A stretch of 64,000 bases of DNA from assembly GCA_963662465.1 (NCBI GenBank), contig OY759599.1:1248001-1312000 (forward strand), in the 5' to 3' direction. Of the stretch, positions 17,839-28,103 are shown one piece after another. The position numbers were made by a program, and so were the translations under genes. Under the pieces are notes generated by a model. That model was not told the DNA's origin and did not search any database. It worked only from the letters and a program-made list of their open reading frames with translations. The DNA comes from Desulfatiglandales bacterium (GTDB lineage Bacteria; Desulfobacterota; DSM-4660; Desulfatiglandales; Desulfatiglandaceae). Within the stretch, counting starts at the first letter, position 1. Every line of letters starts with the position of its first letter.

Positions 17839-18654
17839 ATGAAAAGGGTGTTGATGGGTTTGTTTATCATGTTGGCGATGGCGCCGTGTCTGTGCTTTGG
17901 CGGTGTGGATATCGATATTTCCGAAAGTTCGTTTCAGGCGACCGGTCCCCGGACCCTGATGGGAACAAACGTATATGTTTCCGAGCTTGATGATGGGCTG
18001 TATTCATGTACGTTTCAGTGGGATGCGGAAGCATTGTTGTGGCGGTTGACGGCCTATACGAGAACCGGGCGGAAAGGCTCCAATGATGCCCTGTACTACG
18101 CCAGACAACTGGCGGGTAATTGGACCTTCGCGTACACCATTATCAGCGTCTTTACGGATCGGGTTTGCCTGGATACCATCCACACGTCTGATCCCAACAG
18201 CGAAGGGGGTTATTTTGTATCGGGAAGGAATCAATATGGCGGTGTGGTGGCCGGTTGCCACTGGCCGGAGCAGGGCTATTTCATGGTGCTTGACCCGGGT
18301 TCCATTATCGACCGGGTCTATGTGTTCACCATTGAAGGCAATCGCGTGAAAACGGGTTTTTATCAGCACTATTCCCATTCATCGAAAAAATGGTCGAACA
18401 CCTATGCCTTGAGTGGAACAAAAGTGCCGTTGAATCCAATTGTCACCACTGGTGGCGTTCAGAAAAACGCGACGGAGTTTGACCAGCCCCATGCCAATTT
18501 TGCCATCGGACTGGCGGCTCAACGGGCGGCACTGGAGGAAGCGGAAGGTTCGTCGATGCAAGGGTCTGAAAATGAAGGCGAAAGCCCGTTACTTCCCTTT
18601 AATGGGCACATGGCGAGCGCCTATGACCTTTTGAAGGCTTTCCTTTCCCATTAG
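17839..18654 (+). CDS. Exported beta-rich hypothetical protein
   Basis: AGGAG RBS at 17826-30, signal peptide MKRVLMGLFIMLAMAPCLCFG, aromatic/Thr/Ser-rich mature part. No family recognised. Confidence 0.7.
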   Translation: MKRVLMGLFIMLAMAPCLCFGGVDIDISESSFQATGPRTLMGTNVYVSELDDGLYSCTFQWDAEALLWRLTAYTRTGRKGSNDALYYARQLAGNWTFAYTIISVFTDRVCLDTIHTSDPNSEGGYFVSGRNQYGGVVAGCHWPEQGYFMVLDPGSIIDRVYVFTIEGNRVKTGFYQHYSHSSKKWSNTYALSGTKVPLNPIVTTGGVQKNATEFDQPHANFAIGLAAQRAALEEAEGSSMQGSENEGESPLLPFNGHMASAYDLLKAFLSH

Positions 18655-19238
18655 CCTGCGGGAAGTTGAAGGAAAAAGCTTGTTTCCCGAGGGTGGTGGG
18701 AGCGTTCGTCCTCTGAGCTGCTGCCAGTTTTGCGCTTTTTCAATTTTGACGGCATCCCGGAATTTATTTTTTGCAATTTCCAAGTCGTTGGTATATTAAA
18801 AATACAGGTTAGCCGCACAGCCGAAACCCATGTGCGACTAACCCCCATGCCCTGGTGGGTACAACAAAAAATGAAAGAACGTTTTACCTTTTCGCTCTTG
18901 TGAAGGACGTGGAGCGATTCTTGCTGAAATGAGTTTTGTTTTGTGAATATTGGTTTTTTTAGGTTATATCATGTGAATCCGTCGGATGTGGATGCCCTTG
19001 GAAGGGTTTTGAGATGGGTAATAAAGAACAAGCAATAAAAGCAGGTGGTTATCTTGATTGTTTTGAGGTTTTTCCGAAGGGACATTCGACGGAACGGAAT
19101 TTTGTAGATAAAACAGAAGGTTATCATGTGTCGTGTGTTGTTTTGAGACCTGGAAAAATGAACCGGCAGTCAAAAACGGAGACATCCGACGGAAACGCCT
19201 TGCAAGTGTTTTAAAATTCAGGGAATTCGGACCATAGA
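18655..19238 (+). promoter_or_regulatory. CRISPR leader region
   Basis: AT-rich non-coding stretch next to the first perfect repeat. The degenerate repeat is at the opposite end. Confidence 0.65.
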
Positions 19239-22200
19239 GTCAGAACCATTGCCCCGCTTCGAGGGGATTGAGACAACAGCGCAGCATATCTTTCTTTCAC
19301 TTTCATGATAAAGTCAGAACCATTGCCCCGCTTCGAGGGGATTGAGACTTTCGATCGTTTCGATTATCTGTTCTTCGCTTGTGAGGTCAGAACCATTGCC
19401 CCGCTTCGAGGGGATTGAGACAGAGCGTTTCCGGAAAAGGATTCATGTCCGTATGTATGTCAGAACCATTGCCCCGCTTCGAGGGGATTGAGACTTCACA
19501 ACCGACCCAGCCATCGTCAACCGCAAGGCCGAGAGTCAGAACCATTGCCCCGCTTCGAGGGGATTGAGACAATCCTCCTCGTAATTTTCTTTAGCTCCTT
19601 CGGCTTCCCGTCAGAACCATTGCCCCGCTTCGAGGGGATTGAGACTTCACCTGTAGAGTCTTCGTACTCTTCCAGGTAGTCGAGTCAGAACCATTGCCCC
19701 GCTTCGAGGGGATTGAGACTTGTACTACATTTCTCTCATACCCTGTTCGTACGCATCGTCAGAACCATTGCCCCGCTTCGAGGGGATTGAGACTTTCCAG
19801 GTACTCGAAATTTTTATGACCGCAGGTGGGTCAGAACCATTGCCCCGCTTCGAGGGGATTGAGACGAGACATAGTTTGTTTCTGTTAGTTGCATGATTTC
19901 CGTCAGAACCATTGCCCCGCTTCGAGGGGATTGAGACAGATTTAAGAGGTGTGGCGGGCAGGATCGCAGTATGGTCAGAACCATTGCCCCGCTTCGAGGG
20001 GATTGAGACGTCCATATCTCATCAACTATCGGACCTAAAAAATTTTGGTCAGAACCATTGCCCCGCTTCGAGGGGATTGAGACTCCGCCCAGCGTGCATA
20101 GCCGATGAAACAATTGCGCGGGTCAGAACCATTGCCCCGCTTCGAGGGGATTGAGACTTTGATAACTTTCAACACGGTGTACGACAACCGTCCCTGTCAG
20201 AACCATTGCCCCGCTTCGAGGGGATTGAGACTCAACATTCCACCAGGGGCTTTTACACTTCGGGCAAACGTCAGAACCATTGCCCCGCTTCGAGGGGATT
20301 GAGACATACCTGCGTTTCGTCTAATTGTAGAAATCGCCATATGGGTCAGAACCATTGCCCCGCTTCGAGGGGATTGAGACTTACAAACAAGTTTTCATTC
20401 TGAGAGTCTGAATTGACAGTCAGAACCATTGCCCCGCTTCGAGGGGATTGAGACTCCATAGCTTGCTAGCTCCTTTTCGTTCGCTTAGCAGGGTCAGAAC
20501 CATTGCCCCGCTTCGAGGGGATTGAGACATAGGTGTTTATATCGTCGCTGATTATTTTGTAGTGTTTGTCAGAACCATTGCCCCGCTTCGAGGGGATTGA
20601 GACTAACCTTCAGAGGTTTCTTTTCTTTTTCCATTGCGTCGTCAGAACCATTGCCCCGCTTCGAGGGGATTGAGACTGTTCACCCTCAATGATGGCTCCA
20701 CAACCCTTTGTATCGGTCAGAACCATTGCCCCGCTTCGAGGGGATTGAGACTGTCATACCGATTTTTACTGCCGCTTTCATTGGTAAAAGTCAGAACCAT
20801 TGCCCCGCTTCGAGGGGATTGAGACATCTTCAAATTTTCGCCAGCTTTTTTCGGATGATGGGTCAGAACCATTGCCCCGCTTCGAGGGGATTGAGACTCT
20901 CAAGCTTCGGATCATAACAGCAGTCGTCAAAACTAGGTCAGAACCATTGCCCCGCTTCGAGGGGATTGAGACGTATTGCTCGCCAGGCGACGGTCGTACA
21001 CTTAGCATGTCAGAACCATTGCCCCGCTTCGAGGGGATTGAGACTCCTCGAAACTTTCGCCCTTGATGAAAGAGAATTCAGGTCAGAACCATTGCCCCGC
21101 TTCGAGGGGATTGAGACCGACCTTTTTATCCGAGCGCCATCGCTGGGCGTGTTCGTCAGAACCATTGCCCCGCTTCGAGGGGATTGAGACCTACCAGCGT
21201 ATTCTCCCGTTTAATTGCCATTAGCTAGTCAGAACCATTGCCCCGCTTCGAGGGGATTGAGACTTTGAAACATTGTAATCACCATACAACATACATTGCT
21301 AGTCAGAACCATTGCCCCGCTTCGAGGGGATTGAGACTTCCCTATTTCAATGGGGTGCTGGTCAATGAGACCCTCGTCAGAACCATTGCCCCGCTTCGAG
21401 GGGATTGAGACTTTGTTGCTAAACTGGCTTTCTCTAGCATGGCTTGCGTCAGAACCATTGCCCCGCTTCGAGGGGATTGAGACTTATCGGCTAAGGTTAC
21501 TATCTTGGCCAACATATCTGGTCAGAACCATTGCCCCGCTTCGAGGGGATTGAGACTTTAGTTTGAATCCCATCTGCTGGGCAATCAGCTGTGTCAGAAC
21601 CATTGCCCCGCTTCGAGGGGATTGAGACGAATAGGCATGTGGGTTGTTTTGCTATTATATGATGCGTCAGAACCATTGCCCCGCTTCGAGGGGATTGAGA
21701 CTAAAACCGCCGATGGTTCCACAAGGGACCGATTCCGTAGGTCAGAACCATTGCCCCGCTTCGAGGGGATTGAGACCGTACGTATCTATAATTGTTTCAA
21801 TTTCATTCAATAAGTCAGAACCATTGCCCCGCTTCGAGGGGATTGAGACTAGAAGTAGCAAGTTTCTCCCTCGCAAATTCCGTCTTGTCAGAACCATTGC
21901 CCCGCTTCGAGGGGATTGAGACTCCGGAAATACTCTCATGACCGTACGTATCTATAATCGGTCAGAACCATTGCCCCGCTTCGAGGGGATTGAGACTTTT
22001 CAAGTTTCTTTCACAATCTTCCAATTTGTTAAGTCAGAACCATTGCCCCGCTTCGAGGGGATTGAGACCAAACGGTTTCGAGCCTCGATACGGGCTTCGA
22101 GCATACCCCGGTCAGAACCATTGCCCCGCTTCGAGGGGATTGAGACATTAAATTCTTTTGTCATACCTGCTATCTGATTATTGTCAGAACCATTGCCCCG

Positions 22201-22955
22201 CTTCGAGGGGATTGAGACTTGGCCGGCGGTCAACCCTAATTCAACAGCTTTTTTCGTCAGAACCATTGCCCCGCTTCGAGGGGATTGAGACACACAAGAT
22301 TATCGCTTCGATTGTTCCTGGGGTTTCCAGTCAGAACCATTGCCCCGCTTCGAGGGGATTGAGACTTTACAATACCTGCAAAATCTTTTTTTCATTTATC
22401 TTGTCAGAACCATTGCCCCGCTTCGAGGGGATTGAGACTGTACCAATTCCATAATTTACGCCTTTGTGGTTTTCCATGAGTCAGAACCATTGCCCCGCTT
22501 CGAGGGGATTGAGACCTGGCAAATCCTTTTGAGCCCAATAACTTCCGGCACAAGTCAGAACCATTGCCCCGCTTCGAGGGGATTGAGACATGAAATCATC
22601 ATAAAGCTGCGGTCCTTTTACCGCGACGTCAGAACCATTGCCCCGCTTCGAGGGGATTGAGACTGATGCTGTCCTGCCGTTAGCCCCATTTCAAGGGCTT
22701 GTCAGAACCATTGCCCCGCTTCGAGGGGATTGAGACTTCCTACGTGCCCAACCATGGGCCGCTGTTACGATATGTCAGAACCATTGCCCCGCTTCGAGGG
22801 GATTGAGACATCACTCTCTTTTCATCGTTCATTACTTTCCCCTTGTATTAGTCAGAACCATTGCCCCGCTTCGAGGGGATTGAGACTATATCATCTTCAC
22901 ATGCGCAACTGAACTAATTGGCAAGTCAGAACCATCGCCCCGCTTCGAGGGGATT
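19239..22955 (+). CRISPR. CRISPR array: 50 perfect 36-bp repeats plus 1 degenerate terminal repeat, 50 spacers (~36-42 bp)
   Basis: Repeat GTCAGAACCATTGCCCCGCTTCGAGGGGATTGAGAC with a CCCC/GGGG hairpin and ATTGAGAC 3' end (8-nt type III 5' tag). The last copy at 22925 is mutated and truncated (…CCATCGCC…GGATTatcgt). Counted by hand. Confidence 0.99.
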
Positions 22956-23178
22956 ATCGTATTTTCGTGATGAACAGGACCTGCAATATTAATGATGTAC
23001 AAAGATATTCCGCTGGGATAGAATGCGAGGATGAAGATGAATGAATTGTTCTATTTGGCATCTCCCTGAGCAATTAAATGCTGGTTTTTTTTGGCTTGGG
23101 TGTATTTTTCCGCCAAATGCATTGTCTTTTAAGATTGACTGTAGATCGGATTCAATTTTTGCCATTCTGAGGGTTTAC

Positions 23179-23565
23179 GTGAAAAAAGGAGCCGAATACT
23201 GGCTTGATATTGCTGAATATGATTTGGAAACAGCTCGGGTCATGTTGCGGGGAAAGCGATTTTTGTATGTGGGATTTATGTGCCACCAGGTTGTTGAAAA
23301 AGTCTTCAAGGGACATTACGCTTCCAAGCATGATGACAACCCTCCCTTTACGCATAATCTAAGAATCCTTGCTCTGAAAAGTGGACTATTCGAAGAAATG
23401 GATGAAAACCAGAAGCGTTTTGTTGAACTGCTCGGCCCTCTGAATATCGAAGCAAGATATCCGACCTACAAGGAAAAAATTTTAAAATCTCTCACGACGA
23501 AAAGATGCAGGGACATTTTGAAGAAGACAGAGGACATGTTTTCATGGGCAAAAAACAAATTTTAG
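23179..23565 (+). CDS. HEPN domain protein (HEPN/MNT toxin-antitoxin)
   Basis: WLDIAEYDLETA...FMCHQVVEK..K...THNL...EARYP. Confidence 0.85.
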   Translation: MKKGAEYWLDIAEYDLETARVMLRGKRFLYVGFMCHQVVEKVFKGHYASKHDDNPPFTHNLRILALKSGLFEEMDENQKRFVELLGPLNIEARYPTYKEKILKSLTTKRCRDILKKTEDMFSWAKNKF

Positions 23566-23864
23566 AAATTGTAAGAGACTATGCGGAAGTGGTGAAAGGC
23601 ATCTTTCCTGTTAGAAAAATTATACTTTATGGGTCCCAGGCCAGGAAAACGGCATCGGAAGATAGCGATATCGATGTGGCGGTTGTTCTGGATTCCCTTG
23701 AGGAAGACTACCTTACAACCGGGGCGATGTTGTTTACGTTAAGCAGAGATATTGACCTGAGGATAGAACCGGTTCTAGTAGAAACTGGGGAGGATGTAAC
23801 CGGTTTTCTGGATGAGATTATCAAAACCGGCGAAATTGTATACAGCGTTGATGAAAGCCTGTAA
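23544..23864 (+). CDS. Minimal nucleotidyltransferase (MNT)
   Basis: IILYGSQAR.....DSDIDVAVV motif; overlaps the HEPN gene. Confidence 0.88.
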   Translation: MGKKQILEIVRDYAEVVKGIFPVRKIILYGSQARKTASEDSDIDVAVVLDSLEEDYLTTGAMLFTLSRDIDLRIEPVLVETGEDVTGFLDEIIKTGEIVYSVDESL

Positions 23865-24091
23865 GGGCACGGCGCGTCGTGCCCTTAGGGTGCAATAGAA
23901 AAAAGTTTCATAGAACAAAACGTGATCATTTCCATACCACAATCACAGGACCGCCAGCCGGCTGGCATACAGGTCTCGTACAACAATAACAATCACCGGA
24001 CCAAACCGGGCAGACACACAGGTCTGCCCCTACTTACCCCCCACCTTTTGATTCACGATATGCCCGTAGGGGCGGACCTATGTGTCCGCCC
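23861..24091. repeat. GTAG-type REP-like palindromes (three)
   Basis: GTAAGGGCACGGCGCGTCGTGCCCTTA (23861-), the inverted copy GGGCAGACACACAGGTCTGCCCCTAC (24008-24033) and GTAGGGGCGGACCTATGTGTCCGCCC (24066-24091). Confidence 0.7.
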
Positions 24092-24138
24092 TTTATGCCT
24101 GCCTGCATCACTTTAAAGATTTTAAACCCCACAAACGA

Positions 24139-24172
24139 TTTTTTTTTGAACATTCCTCCCACATGGCCGTAA
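24139..24172 (+). promoter_or_regulatory. ECF-type promoter motif copy 3 (upstream of TPR gene)
   Basis: TTTTTTTTTGAACATTCCTCCCACATGGCCGTAA: TGAA at 24147, GCCGTAA at 24166 (offset 19). Confidence 0.78.
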
Positions 24173-24255
24173 CACAAAGACATAAGCGTTCCCTGTCATT
24201 GTTTGCAACGGGAACGATGGGTCCAGCACAGCAGCCAACGGGAGGAGGAAAGACC

Positions 24256-25611
24256 ATGCCGGCTCAATTACAGGAAGCATTGAAACAGGCGGTGGGAAAC
24301 CAGACGTTTCCCAAAGGGCAAGAGAACGTCGATAATGACGCGTTCTTTTCCATGGACGATCTCGTGCCAGTCAAAAAGGATGCCGCAAAGCGGAGTCTTA
24401 AACGGGTTCTTTTAGAGATGGAAGAATTGATCCGTGAAAAGAAATGGGAAGACGCGGCGGCGCTTTTTTACCCAATCGAGGAAAAACAGCCGGAACTTCT
24501 GGCTCACGGCATGGATATTCCCGTGCGGGCTAAGGCGGCCTTTGCCCTGGGACAGTTGAATCGGTACGACGCGGCCATTGCGGAGCTGATGTTGTGCGTC
24601 AAAGGGGAACCTGAAAATTTTTACCATCACAGTTCCCTGGCTTATACGGCCTATAGTTCCCTTTTCGCCGCCCAGAAACGGGAAATTTTTCTGAGCGGCA
24701 AGATCCGGGCCGAGCGAATCGAATTGGCCCATCGGCATTTCAGACGGTCCCAGGAATTGCGGCCCACGGGGGTTACCAACTTCTACCGGGAAGGGATGCT
24801 CTACCAGAAGATCGAGGGCAAATCGGAAAAGGCCCGGCCGTTTTTTCAAAATGCCGTTTCCTGCTGGGAGCATCTGTCCGCAGAAGAGCAAAAGGCTAGA
24901 GCGCAGGAACGGAAGAATTATGTGAAATCCCTATACAGGCTTTCCGGCGTTCTCCTGGAAAAAGGGGATGGGGCCGGCGCTCTCAGAACCATGAACCGCT
25001 GCCTGTCGGAAGATGAAAAGAGCGGGTATCTGTCCCTGGTGTTCAAGTATTTCGCCTATGGCAAGATCAACCATTATTTGAACCGATTCGACAAGGCCAG
25101 GGATGCCCTTCTGTTTGCCCTTCAGAGTGGAACGGGCGGGAATCATGATTTTGTGAATGAATTGCTTTCCCGCACCTATCTCGCTTTGGGCAATCCACAG
25201 CGGGCACTGGAAGTGATTCTCAAAATCCCTGAAAATCGCCGCAGGCCCTATTGCCGGTGGACGGAAGCGGATGTGTTGTGCGCACTGAAACGATATGACC
25301 AGGCCAGGGCGGCCCTGCTCAAAAGCGGGGAACGGGACACCCGATCCCGGCATAAAAGCTTGATGCGGCTGGTAAAGATCGAGTATGCGGAAAATCATTT
25401 TGACAAGGCCCGGTCTTATGCCGCCGAAGCGGATCGGTTTTTCAAGGAGAAATGGGGCAACCATTTTCTGGAGGGACTCTTTTGGCAGGCTGTATGCGCC
25501 TATCGGCAGGGAAATAATGACGAGGCACTGGCCCTGGCCGGGGAGTTAAAAGCGCTGAAATCCGATTATCCAAAGCTGGATGTACTGTTGAAGAGGCTTG
25601 AGGGGTGTTGA
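24256..25611 (+). CDS. Tetratricopeptide-repeat protein in the CRISPR adaptation region
   Basis: GGAGGAGG RBS before ATG 24256. Multiple TPR-like helices (AFALGQLNRYDAAIAEL; YGKINHYLNRFDKARDAL; LSRTYLALGNPQRALEV). Confidence 0.8.
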   Translation: MPAQLQEALKQAVGNQTFPKGQENVDNDAFFSMDDLVPVKKDAAKRSLKRVLLEMEELIREKKWEDAAALFYPIEEKQPELLAHGMDIPVRAKAAFALGQLNRYDAAIAELMLCVKGEPENFYHHSSLAYTAYSSLFAAQKREIFLSGKIRAERIELAHRHFRRSQELRPTGVTNFYREGMLYQKIEGKSEKARPFFQNAVSCWEHLSAEEQKARAQERKNYVKSLYRLSGVLLEKGDGAGALRTMNRCLSEDEKSGYLSLVFKYFAYGKINHYLNRFDKARDALLFALQSGTGGNHDFVNELLSRTYLALGNPQRALEVILKIPENRRRPYCRWTEADVLCALKRYDQARAALLKSGERDTRSRHKSLMRLVKIEYAENHFDKARSYAAEADRFFKEKWGNHFLEGLFWQAVCAYRQGNNDEALALAGELKALKSDYPKLDVLLKRLEGC

Positions 25612-25617
25612 TGGGGA

Positions 25618-25962
25618 TCACGATAAGTTCAGACTCAGCTTGATGGCCCGGTCGACTTCCGCCATTTTCGATGTCGGAAGTCGACCGATCCGTTTCTCGA
25701 GTCTTTCCTTTGCGACCGTTATGATCTGACTGGTCTTTACCATGGAGGGGAACTGCAAACCGCCTTCAGGAGGCGCTAACAGAACGTTCATGGGATACAT
25801 TTTTACGGTTTTGGAAACAGCTGCAACAATGGTGGTCGGCGCCTTTTGATTTCCGATATCATTTTGAATCACCAACGCTGGTCGTCGCCCCGCCTGCTCG
25901 CTGCCGCGCGACGGGTTCCAGTTAACCATCCAGATTTCACCCCGCTTTGGCGTCGGATTCAC
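25618..25962 (-). CDS. mazF: MazF/PemK family toxin
   Basis: PKRGEIWMVNW.PSRGSEQAGRRPALVIQND...QIITVAKERL..RIGRL. Confidence 0.92.
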   Translation of the reverse strand: MNPTPKRGEIWMVNWNPSRGSEQAGRRPALVIQNDIGNQKAPTTIVAAVSKTVKMYPMNVLLAPPEGGLQFPSMVKTSQIITVAKERLEKRIGRLPTSKMAEVDRAIKLSLNLS

Positions 25963-26192
25963 AACAGTACCTCCCTCTGTGCTTCAAGGGTTAACTCAGC
26001 AAATTCCCTGTCCTCTTCCCACATTTCTTCATATCCCTTCGCCATTAAGGCGTCGGTTTCTTTCTTCAGCCATAGGTCAAAAGCCATTTGTGCAATCTGA
26101 CTTTTTGGCATTTTGCCGGATTGGGCCGCTGCTTCGATAGCCTCATAAGTGTGCTTGTTTATACTGAGACTCAGTTTGCATTTAGTGGGCAT
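25959..26192 (-). CDS. Cognate antitoxin (RHH, NdoAI/MazE-like)
   Basis: Small gene overlapping the toxin start, with LMAKGYEEM..ED...AE motif and AAGGAGG RBS. Confidence 0.8.
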   Translation of the reverse strand: MPTKCKLSLSINKHTYEAIEAAAQSGKMPKSQIAQMAFDLWLKKETDALMAKGYEEMWEEDREFAELTLEAQREVLL

Positions 26193-26324
26193 AAACAATC
26201 CTCCTTTTTAGTAGTATGGTAGGTAGTATGATGGAGCACGAGATTGCTGAAGTCAAGGATATTACGCCTCGGATTTTCCTCAAAAAAATAGTCTGCATCC
26301 ATGAATCCGGGTTAATTCCAATAA

Positions 26325-26356
26325 TTTTTTTGAAAATTTTTTATCCATGGCCGTAA
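26325..26356 (+). promoter_or_regulatory. ECF-type promoter motif copy 4 (upstream of cas1)
   Basis: TTTTTTTGAAAATTTTTTATCCATGGCCGTAA: TGAA at 26331, GCCGTAA at 26350 (offset 19). Confidence 0.8.
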
Positions 26357-26398
26357 CGGAAATTAAAGGCCAAACCCGTAAAGAAATGGAGGGTTTTT

Positions 26399-27445
26399 AT
26401 GGAAGCGGTATACGTACTCGAACCGGGCAGCTACATCCGACGGGAGGGCATGAGCCTCAAGGTGGTCAAGGACGGCAAGGTCCTGGAGCAGATCCCGGCG
26501 GATGGACTCAAACGGTTGATGTTGGTGGGGTATGTGTCCCTGACGGGCAGCGTGTTGGATTTTCTGATCCGCAACCGGGTGGAAACCGTTTTCATGACCC
26601 CCACCGGGCGGTTTCGCGCGAGACTCACCCTGGACGAACAGGGGCATGTGGAACGGCGCCGAACCCAGTATCTTCAATTGAGCCGCAAGGCATTTGCTCT
26701 GGAAACGGCACGCATGGTGGTTCGGGGGAAAATCAGAAATATGCTTCGATTCACCCTGTTGCGAGCCCGGCAGTACGGCGATGAGGCACTGAAAATTGCC
26801 GCTGTGCGCCTCAACAGCGCATCGGCCCACCTGGACGACATCAAGGAGATGGAGGGGTTGCGGGGGGTGGAGGGGGCCGCCACCCGGGCCTACTTCGGAG
26901 GGTTCAATCACCTGCTTCGAAACGAGACGTTTATCTTTAAAGGACGGAATCGAAGGCCGCCCCTGGACCCTGTCAATGCCCTCCTTTCCTTTGTTTACAC
27001 CCTGCTGACCAATGAAGTCCTCTCCGCCGTTCAGGCCGGCGGCCTGGACCCTTATCTCGGGGCCCTTCATGAACCGCTCCCGGGAAGGCCGTCCCTGGCC
27101 TGCGACCTGGTGGAGGAATACCGCACATTTTTGGGGGACCGGCTGGTGCTGGGCCTGATCAATCGGAAGGTCATCGGGAAGGACGATTTTGTTTACGGCA
27201 AAAAGCCGCCCAAGGTCTTTGTGGATGAAGAAGACCTGAAGCGAAAGCGGCCCGTTCTCATGAAGCCCGCCATCTGCCGGGCCTTTATTCAGGCCTATGA
27301 AGAGATGATGAAACGGGATGTTTACTATCCCCCCCTGGACAAAAAAATCACCTACCGGTGGTTGATCCTCCAGCAGGCCAGACGATTCGGCGGTTACCTG
27401 AAGGAACCGGAAAAGAAATACCTCCCCTTTACGTGGGATTCCTGA
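26399..27445 (+). CDS. cas1: CRISPR-associated endonuclease Cas1
   Basis: LRGVEGAATRAYF, RNRRPPLDPVNALLSFVY, GLDPYLGALH, SLACDLVEEYR. Confidence 0.97.
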   Translation: MEAVYVLEPGSYIRREGMSLKVVKDGKVLEQIPADGLKRLMLVGYVSLTGSVLDFLIRNRVETVFMTPTGRFRARLTLDEQGHVERRRTQYLQLSRKAFALETARMVVRGKIRNMLRFTLLRARQYGDEALKIAAVRLNSASAHLDDIKEMEGLRGVEGAATRAYFGGFNHLLRNETFIFKGRNRRPPLDPVNALLSFVYTLLTNEVLSAVQAGGLDPYLGALHEPLPGRPSLACDLVEEYRTFLGDRLVLGLINRKVIGKDDFVYGKKPPKVFVDEEDLKRKRPVLMKPAICRAFIQAYEEMMKRDVYYPPLDKKITYRWLILQQARRFGGYLKEPEKKYLPFTWDS

Positions 27446-27447
27446 AC

Positions 27448-27726
27448 ATGTTCTGCCTGGTCTGTTTTGACATTGTGGACGACCCCGCAAGGGCCCGGGT
27501 GGTGAAGGTCCTCAAAAGCCACGGTCAGCGGGTGCAGAAATCCGTGTTCGAATGTTCGTCTTTGGGGGAGGAAAAATTCCTGAAAATGAAAAACCGCATC
27601 GAAGACCTCATCGACAACGCCGAGGACACGGTTCGCTATTATTTTCTGTGCAAGGGGTGCCTGGATCGAATGGAGTATTCCGGGGTGGGCAGTCCCCCGG
27701 ACCGGGAAACGTACCGGGTGGTGTAG
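27448..27726 (+). CDS. cas2: CRISPR-associated protein Cas2
   Basis: LVCFDI.DD..R..V.K.L..HG.RVQKSVFEC...DTVRYY.LC..C. Confidence 0.96.
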   Translation: MFCLVCFDIVDDPARARVVKVLKSHGQRVQKSVFECSSLGEEKFLKMKNRIEDLIDNAEDTVRYYFLCKGCLDRMEYSGVGSPPDRETYRVV

Positions 27727-27771
27727 GGTTTTAAGTTTTAAGTTTTAAGTTTTAAGTTTTAAGAAAAAAAG
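27727..27771. repeat. (GTTTTAA)5 heptamer tract, left arm of a long-range inverted repeat
   Basis: Reverse-complement partner at 31886-31926. Confidence 0.8.
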
Positions 27772-27936
27772 ATGACTACAGGCTAATATACGGTGAAGTT
27801 GCTGACGCGAAACACCGAGTCGCCTCGCTGATTCACTGACCGACAGACCAATATTTTTCAGCATATCTTCACGCAAAATCTCACCGGGGTGTACGGGTGG
27901 TCTTTTTAACGGGCGTTTTACTAGATATTCTTCCAT
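27745..27936 (-). pseudogene. higA: Truncated HigA-family antitoxin
   Basis: RPPVHPGEILREDML..IGLSVSESARRLGVSRQQLHRIL, then breaks off into the heptamer tract. Confidence 0.75.
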
Positions 27937-28103
27937 GGATTTACTCTTGACCCACAGGTTCATTTGCTCTATGCTCGCCGCTGAAAAAGGCAATGTTTTA
28001 TCATCAAAAACAGCATGCCATGATGCATGGTTGGGGAAGTTATTGCGGACGCGTTCCTTACCGCCCGCGGCAGGATAGGCAGGATCGATCATCAGGAGAA
28101 AAC

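Noticed and set aside
19387..22912. Many short ORFs across the array (SEPLPRFEGIET / VSIPSKRGNGSD repeats)
   Set aside because: These are translations of the CRISPR repeat, not genes.
19275..22924. Self-targeting spacers within the window
   Set aside because: None noticed by eye; an exhaustive alignment was not possible.
26399..27445. Possible RT-Cas1 or Cas4-Cas1 fusion
   Set aside because: At 348 aa it is a plain Cas1, with no RT (YADD) or Cas4 motifs.
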